IMG/VR virus record: IMGVR_UViG_3300023223_001361
Location: 26,113 to 90,112 of that record
Length of the DNA: 64,000 nucleotides
Source: a virus
Direction: 5' to 3' (one strand)
Below the pieces are notes generated by a model. That model was not told the origin of the DNA, did no database searches, and saw nothing but the letters and a program-made list of their open reading frames with translations. Below, piece after piece: positions 58,424 to 64,000 of this stretch (position 1 is the first letter of the stretch; each line of letters opens with the position of its first letter). Position numbers and translations under genes: made by a program.

Positions 58424-58863
58424 GTAGGCCTAATTGGGATCAATTCTTTCTTGGCATAGCAAAGCAGACTGCCAAAAGAGCTACGTGTAATCGAGCAAAA
58501 CATGGTTGTGTATTAGTAAAAGATAATGGTGTAATATCTACTGGTTATAATGGCGCTCCACCAAAAATTAGTCATTGTGATGAGGGTGGCTGTTTTGTAA
58601 TTAATGACCATTGTGAAAGATGTAATCATGCTGAAGTAAATGCAATATGTCAAGCAGCGATTCGAGGTCATAATACAAGGGGTGCGACTGCTTATGTGAC
58701 TGGTGAGTCTTGTTTAGAATGTTTAAGAACTTTGTTATGTGCTGGTATCGAGAAAATTGTTTACATTAAAGATGGCCATTATACTTTTCCTAAAGAAGAG
58801 GAAAAACTCCGACATTTGTTTATGACTCAACTTGAAATAAAGGCTATGGAATATGATCAGTAA
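58420..58863 (+). CDS. cd: dCMP deaminase
   Basis: RPNWDQFFL, RATC, STGYNGAP, HAEVNAI, CLEC. Confidence 0.9.
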   Translation: MSRPNWDQFFLGIAKQTAKRATCNRAKHGCVLVKDNGVISTGYNGAPPKISHCDEGGCFVINDHCERCNHAEVNAICQAAIRGHNTRGATAYVTGESCLECLRTLLCAGIEKIVYIKDGHYTFPKEEEKLRHLFMTQLEIKAMEYDQ

Positions 58864-59524
58864 AGAAACATTGTTTTTGACCATTTTACCAGGTATAGCA
58901 GTATTAGCAGCATTCGTGGGATTCATTTGGTGGCTAGGAAGCGGCTCATGGGCAACTTTAAGCACAGAACATAGTTGTTTAAGGGCATGGCACACATACA
59001 CCATAAGTGAGGAAATTGGAGATGTTGACCAGTGGCTAGGACTTGAAAACTGTATAAAACAACATCCAAAATATCAAGAGCTTTATAAAAAATATGCATT
59101 ACCCAAACTAAAAAAATCATGAAACTTAGTGATTTGGAAATTGGTGATAAAGTAGAGGATATTACAGTTGTATTAGATAAACCGAAATATGGATACATTT
59201 CACAAATTAACAAAAATAATATTTCTGTTATTGATAATGTCTCAAAAACGATAATTATAAATTTGGGAACAAAAGAAAAACCAATTGAATGGTGGACAGA
59301 TATTAATCACTATGAAAAAACTTGGATATTAGTAAAATGAGCGAAATATTTCAGAGACTATTAGAAAAAGCAAAAGAAGAATTTAATAAAATAATGGCTG
59401 CCCCTTGGACCAAGGGGAAAACACTTTTAAAAAATGAGAATATTACATTTAGTGGAATAATGTCTATAACACCAACAAGAGCAAAAGAACTCGCATATCG
59501 AGCTGGGTATTGGGTCCCAATATT

Positions 59525-59827
59525 ATGATATTTGCATTTGATATGGATGATACTGTTACAGCAATGCCAGAGTTTTTTGCAGTGCTAGCAAAGGCTTTAA
59601 GAGCTGATGGACATAAAATCTATATTATCACTGCAAGAGATGAAATATTAACAACCCAAACTGAACAATTTTTAAGTGATCAAGGAATAGAATATGATGG
59701 TGTGTATTTCACCTATGATAAGCAAGTTGTAGCGCGGAACCTTGGTGTAGATTTTGCATTCGATGATATGCCTTTATTTTATCAAGGCTTGACGTTGCCA
59801 TTTCGTATCATAAAGGTATCAAAATGA
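59525..59827 (+). CDS. small HAD-superfamily hydrolase
   Basis: FDMDDT, ITAR, K, FDD. Confidence 0.75.
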   Translation: MIFAFDMDDTVTAMPEFFAVLAKALRADGHKIYIITARDEILTTQTEQFLSDQGIEYDGVYFTYDKQVVARNLGVDFAFDDMPLFYQGLTLPFRIIKVSK

Positions 59828-60381
59828 GCATCGAGTCATTAAAGAAAAATGCTTATAAAAAAGGTTATATTAAAAAAGAAACGAAACCGACTAAAAAAGA
59901 ATTAACGGTCATCCAAACTATAGAAAATGAAGAACAAAGAAAACGTGAATTAATTGGTAGTATTGAAAATCTAAAAAAAGCTGAAACAAATGTCGACTGT
60001 TTGATTAAAATAGGAATGTCTGAAATCTTTGAAATATTTGATGAATATATTTCTAGTTTATCTGAAATAAAATGGAAAGTCAAGAAACCTCTATTTGAAA
60101 AAAGATATGTTTTTTATCAAATTAATGAAAATATTGAAATCCAATGTGAATCTTTTCTAGAAAACACAGAAGCTCATTTGGTTATAAAAGATGATTGTCA
60201 GGTATATTATATACAGACACATACAAATTTTTACAAAAAACTAGCAAAACATTATATTTTATCATTGAAAATAAATGAATTGGAGAAAATAAACAAAAAT
60301 AGAAATAGAATTGAAAAAGCGTTAAAATCTAATACTTTTCAAAGAAAAAAATGGTTCAAATTTGGTCGAAAAAATGATTGA
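59824..60381 (+). CDS. shared-leader family member 1
   Basis: MSIESLKKNAYKKGYI. Confidence 0.6.
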   Translation: MSIESLKKNAYKKGYIKKETKPTKKELTVIQTIENEEQRKRELIGSIENLKKAETNVDCLIKIGMSEIFEIFDEYISSLSEIKWKVKKPLFEKRYVFYQINENIEIQCESFLENTEAHLVIKDDCQVYYIQTHTNFYKKLAKHYILSLKINELEKINKNRNRIEKALKSNTFQRKKWFKFGRKND

Positions 60382-61204
60382 AGAATTATTAAAACATGCT
60401 CAAGCAAAAGGTTATATTTCAGAACGAAAAAAAATAGTGCCTGGACGTATGAAATGGTCTTATAGAGCCAGAGATATCCATAAACAAGACTATGATTTTT
60501 CAGATCCAGGAACATATGTTTTTAGCTTTGATAATATTTCTCATATGTTTCAAATACACGCTACCTTTTCATCTACCGTTGTTCGAGACGAAAACAATTC
60601 TTTGCTATATGACCATACTATAAAAAATAATTCTACTTTTCTAGAAATAAAAGATCATTTATCTCCTCAGGCGGAGGAAAAATATAAAAACATTAACCAG
60701 GAAAAATTAATCAAAAGATTTTCTGAAATGGTCGAAATAGTAGATGAACAAGGAAAGAGAGGTAGAACACTCAAAAAGAGTCAAAATTATCATTATAGTT
60801 ACATCTATAACTATAATAATCCAGGCAAACCTTATTGGTCGATCTCCCATAAAAATTATCCGAATTTCAATTTTGCAGTATATCCAGGAGAAGGATTTAA
60901 TACAATATATAAAAAATATGTTAGAGCTGACGCTTATATTGCATACCGAAATATTGCATACCAACGTGGTGAAGATTACATGGAAACCAAACAAAGACTC
61001 GGAATATTTCTGCATCAAACAGTAAATAATGACAAAATATTGGAATACATAAGTTTGTGTCAAGAAATGTTAGCAATAGCTGAGAAAGAAGAAAAAGACA
61101 GAACAAAAAAGTGCAAAGTATCCGAATGCACAAATCGGAAACACCAGGGAAATTTTATAGATAGTTATTGTGCTCCTTGTTATAGTGACAAAATAAGATC
61201 ATGA
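60374..61204 (+). CDS. shared-leader family member 2
   Basis: MIEELLKHAQAKGYI; C-terminal C..C...C..C. Confidence 0.65.
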   Translation: MIEELLKHAQAKGYISERKKIVPGRMKWSYRARDIHKQDYDFSDPGTYVFSFDNISHMFQIHATFSSTVVRDENNSLLYDHTIKNNSTFLEIKDHLSPQAEEKYKNINQEKLIKRFSEMVEIVDEQGKRGRTLKKSQNYHYSYIYNYNNPGKPYWSISHKNYPNFNFAVYPGEGFNTIYKKYVRADAYIAYRNIAYQRGEDYMETKQRLGIFLHQTVNNDKILEYISLCQEMLAIAEKEEKDRTKKCKVSECTNRKHQGNFIDSYCAPCYSDKIRS

Positions 61205-61566
61205 TAGACGAATTAATAAAGAAAGCAAGAGAGAAAGGATATATTACTGAAGAAAAGATTCTACCAACAGAAGTAGTACCTCTTAATACAAATTATTGGC
61301 CTGTTGACGTTTTAGAGGCAAGTAATACTATATCTCATTTACGAAATGAAATATTAGAAATAATCAGTCCTTGTCATCTTGATAAAATAGAAGCTCTGAT
61401 CTGGAATTCGAACATTGAGTATATACGTGAATTATTAAATGAATTAGAAAAATGTAAGCAACGACAAAAAACCCCTTCTTTATTTGGAGACAAAATTCAA
61501 GATGTCGGTGCATTTATAGATTTAATATGCAAATATAGATATCCTAAATGTGACAGTGATAAATGA
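61201..61566 (+). CDS. shared-leader family member 3
   Basis: MIDELIKKAREKGYI. Confidence 0.65.
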   Translation: MIDELIKKAREKGYITEEKILPTEVVPLNTNYWPVDVLEASNTISHLRNEILEIISPCHLDKIEALIWNSNIEYIRELLNELEKCKQRQKTPSLFGDKIQDVGAFIDLICKYRYPKCDSDK

Positions 61567-62051
61567 TAGACGAATTAATAAAGAAAGCAAGAGAGAAAGG
61601 ATATATTGCATCAGTGCCGTCGAAATTGATGTCATCAGTGCCGAAAGACACGGTGAAGTGGGATGTTCGAGAATTAACATGTGAACGGACTACTGCGCCT
61701 TTAGGGGTACTTCGTCTCGTCTTCACTCATCGAGGATTTAAAAATTATAAATTTCTAATCCATCCAGCTCTAGGGTGCAAAAGACTTTACAAATTATGTA
61801 ATGCCGGTTTTAAATATAAAGACATAGAAGCGTATGATTCTTCTATTGATACGATTGAAACTATTAAAGCTCGATTAGAAACAGATGATGATTCTATAGC
61901 TGAAAGTTACATAAAAATGTGTAAAAGGATACTTTCATATGTAAAAAATACATATAATACTCCGAAGAAAGATTCATCCAGTCTCTTTTCGGAACATAAT
62001 TTAACTCCAAAGGATTTTTGGGAAGAAATATTTTCGGTAACAAATAAATGA
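61563..62051 (+). CDS. shared-leader family member 4
   Basis: MIDELIKKAREKGYI; first 45 nt identical to member 3. Confidence 0.65.
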   Translation: MIDELIKKAREKGYIASVPSKLMSSVPKDTVKWDVRELTCERTTAPLGVLRLVFTHRGFKNYKFLIHPALGCKRLYKLCNAGFKYKDIEAYDSSIDTIETIKARLETDDDSIAESYIKMCKRILSYVKNTYNTPKKDSSSLFSEHNLTPKDFWEEIFSVTNK

Positions 62052-62389
62052 TAGATGAACTGATAAAGAGAGCTCAAGAAAAGGGATACATTCCTGAAGC
62101 AAAATCACCACAGGCAAAAACGGAACTTCCCATACTCGAAATGCCCATCCCTCAAGATCCAACGCTCGCCACATCTGATTTACAGAAACGTATATTAAAA
62201 ATAGTAGACACGAAACGACCAGGTAAAATAGAAGACGTGATTATTAATTCATCTGTTAAAATGATTCTTGGAATGATAAATGAACTAAGGAAATTTCAAG
62301 AAAATTATGGAGCTGTTTGTTTCGATGGAGAAGAAATCAAAAATATTGATGCATTTATCCATTTAATACTTGAATATAGAGATATTTAA
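62048..62389 (+). CDS. shared-leader family member 5 (paralogue of member 3)
   Basis: MIDELIKRAQEKGYI; body aligns with member 3 (KIE..I.NS...NEL...G..I....AFI.LI..YR). Confidence 0.65.
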   Translation: MIDELIKRAQEKGYIPEAKSPQAKTELPILEMPIPQDPTLATSDLQKRILKIVDTKRPGKIEDVIINSSVKMILGMINELRKFQENYGAVCFDGEEIKNIDAFIHLILEYRDI

Positions 62390-62646
62390 GAATCGTCAAT
62401 AACTACCTTGATTTTCTCTCCAGCAGCAATTTGCCCTGGATTCAAATAGACTCGGATACGAGTTTTATCAACGATAGAATTTTCGACACGGACAGTTTGT
62501 GGAACAATATCTTCAATATAGACATCTGAAGATGAATATCTAGAAACGGTGACTTTTATTAGATGATCAATAGCTAATTCTGCTGTATCGAAATCAACTA
62601 AATCCGCAACGGGTTCAACCAAGCCGCTTGTATATAAATTTGCCAT
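62386..62646 (-). CDS. probable virion structural protein
   Basis: MANLYTSG..., RBS AGGAG, downstream of a late-promoter gene. Confidence 0.5.
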   Translation of the reverse strand: MANLYTSGLVEPVADLVDFDTAELAIDHLIKVTVSRYSSSDVYIEDIVPQTVRVENSIVDKTRIRVYLNPGQIAAGEKIKVVIDDS

Positions 62647-62656
62647 AATATATCTC

Positions 62657-63295
62657 CTATGGTTTAATGTAAAAGAATTGAATTTTACCTGATGATGCTG
62701 AATCATCAAAAGTAGTTGTAAGACGAATAACGGTACCTGTAAGAAAATAAAATCTATTTGTTGAAAAGTTCCACTGTGCTGCTGCTGCTGTGTCGGCTGC
62801 TATAACTTTCATCTCATATGCATCAGTTTCTATAAGTCCAGCAACGCCATGAGCTGTGTCCACATTACCATTGTTTGGAAAGGATGCAATATTAAATTGT
62901 TTACAGAATATGGTTTCTCCAGCATCAGTTACTTCATAGGGCCATATTTGTTCTGATGTAGACCATTGGAAAGCAGTGCTGCTAGAGGTAGTAACACCAA
63001 AGACATAATCGACTACAATAACTGAGCCTCCTGTAGGAGCAACAATAAAAGTTATAGTATCCCCAGAAACGCTATAATCTGTAGTTCGTTCTTGTTCAAC
63101 CCCATCTAACGTGACTTCTTCTGTATCAGTATTAGGTGTATTAGTAAGAGTAAAGGTTACATTGACCCCATTGATAGTTCCAGAAGGAAGCTCCCCACGT
63201 ATAAATCCAGAAAGAGTAATTTTTTCATCTAATTGATCTTGAAGTGGGTCAGTAACGCCACTAATTTGAGATGAACGAACTTTAGTTTCAGCCAT
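62657..63295 (-). CDS. virion structural / fibre-like protein
   Basis: PSGTINGVNVTFTL..P...V.LDGVEQ...DYSVSGDTITF..AP..GS.IVVDY repeat domain; late promoter upstream. Confidence 0.65.
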   Translation of the reverse strand: MAETKVRSSQISGVTDPLQDQLDEKITLSGFIRGELPSGTINGVNVTFTLTNTPNTDTEEVTLDGVEQERTTDYSVSGDTITFIVAPTGGSVIVVDYVFGVTTSSSTAFQWSTSEQIWPYEVTDAGETIFCKQFNIASFPNNGNVDTAHGVAGLIETDAYEMKVIAADTAAAAQWNFSTNRFYFLTGTVIRLTTTFDDSASSGKIQFFYIKP

Positions 63296-63326
63296 ATAAT
63301 TTATAATCCAATTGAATATCTACTTG

Positions 63327-63334
63327 TATTTATA
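63327..63334 (-). promoter_or_regulatory. late promoter (minus strand)
   Basis: TATAAATA on the reverse complement. Confidence 0.7.
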
Positions 63335-63495
63335 ATCTTGGAAAATGTGCCGACCCTTTATAGGCTGTAATCGGTAGAAATATTGAAGATAAAGGCAATA
63401 ATTGGTAAAGTCTCCTATTTCTAATAAATGCGTTTTTCGACGTTTATCGCGGTGTTGTTCGTTGTGTATACTTGGTATCTGGAGGATTGATCGTA

Positions 63496-63558
63496 CTCTT
63501 TGATGCCTACACTTTGCTCTTTGATGCCTACACTTTACTCTTTGATGCCTACACTGTG
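63496..63558. repeat. three tandem 21-bp direct repeats
   Basis: CTCTTTGATGCCTACACT(TTG/TTA/GTG) x3. Confidence 0.9.
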
Positions 63559-64000
63559 CCAGCTAAGCGTGCGACGGAAGGCGGCTCCAATTTTTTCCCG
63601 CAGGATTCGAACGAGTATTCGTTTCATTACTTGGACTGTCCAGGTTGCAACATCGAATATTCGTTCTATAGGCTCCAGAAATTACTTGACAAAACTCCCA
63701 AACTATGATTCCAAAATACATGAGAAAAACTTAGCATGCCCTTTGCATTAGCAATTTTCGTACCAACTATATATTTGGAATGAATCTTGCAATTGCAAGA
63801 ACTGTTCAGAACGAATATTCATTCCACCTAAAGGCACAAAATATTATGAATGTCAAGTTTGATCCAAAAATGTTGAAAGGACATTATGATCCGAATGACA
63901 AAATTCTTCGGATCCTTAGAGATTCGGAACTCACAGATGATGAAATAGAATTACTCTTAGCTGCTTACTTTCTAGCCTTTTCTACTACATATCCAAAGAA

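Noticed and set aside
63496-63558. CRISPR array
   Set aside because: Repeats are directly adjacent with no spacers; no cas genes in the window.
63706-64000. TAG read-through joining MIPKYMRKT to the open frame running off the window end
   Set aside because: Single instance, in-frame ATGs at 63780 and 63846 explain the frame, and no homology evidence.

Overview
64 kb AT-rich segment of a T4-like myovirus genome (standard genetic code, almost all genes on the + strand). The gene set resembles environmental T4-like phages. Order: head morphogenesis (end of probable portal gp20, gp67, gp68, protease gp21, scaffold gp22 with acidic repeats, capsid gp23, gp3); recombination and late transcription (uvsY, uvsW, gp55, gp47, gp46); an AAA+/M41 protease and a DUF4338/DruA-like gene; two tRNAs flanking two GTA-like head-spike-base paralogues; a CobT-like vWA/CobS pair; replisome (gp45, gp44, gp62, regA, split gp43, uvsX, gp41) with inserted ung (frameshifted), dut, pseT, lysozyme and two DNA methyltransferases; a late operon at 40.9-49 kb; and an accessory region. 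The best candidate for an undescribed system is the late operon. Its ligase-like, two Pol-beta-type nucleotidyltransferase, ParB-like and HIGH-nucleotidyltransferase proteins begin with a T4-type capsid-targeting/cleavage leader (MKSFKxFxxE), suggesting a head-packaged, injected nucleotide/RNA-repair toolkit. Other notable signals: five adjacent genes sharing a 15-aa N-terminal leader (MIDELIKKAREKGYI) on mostly unrelated bodies; an FlgM-like anti-sigma28 motif; gp43 split around a phosphatase, tRNA-Asn and a GIY-YIG endonuclease; and a stand-alone secreted Cys-rich 885-aa moron. All family calls come from recognising motifs by eye; no database search was run.
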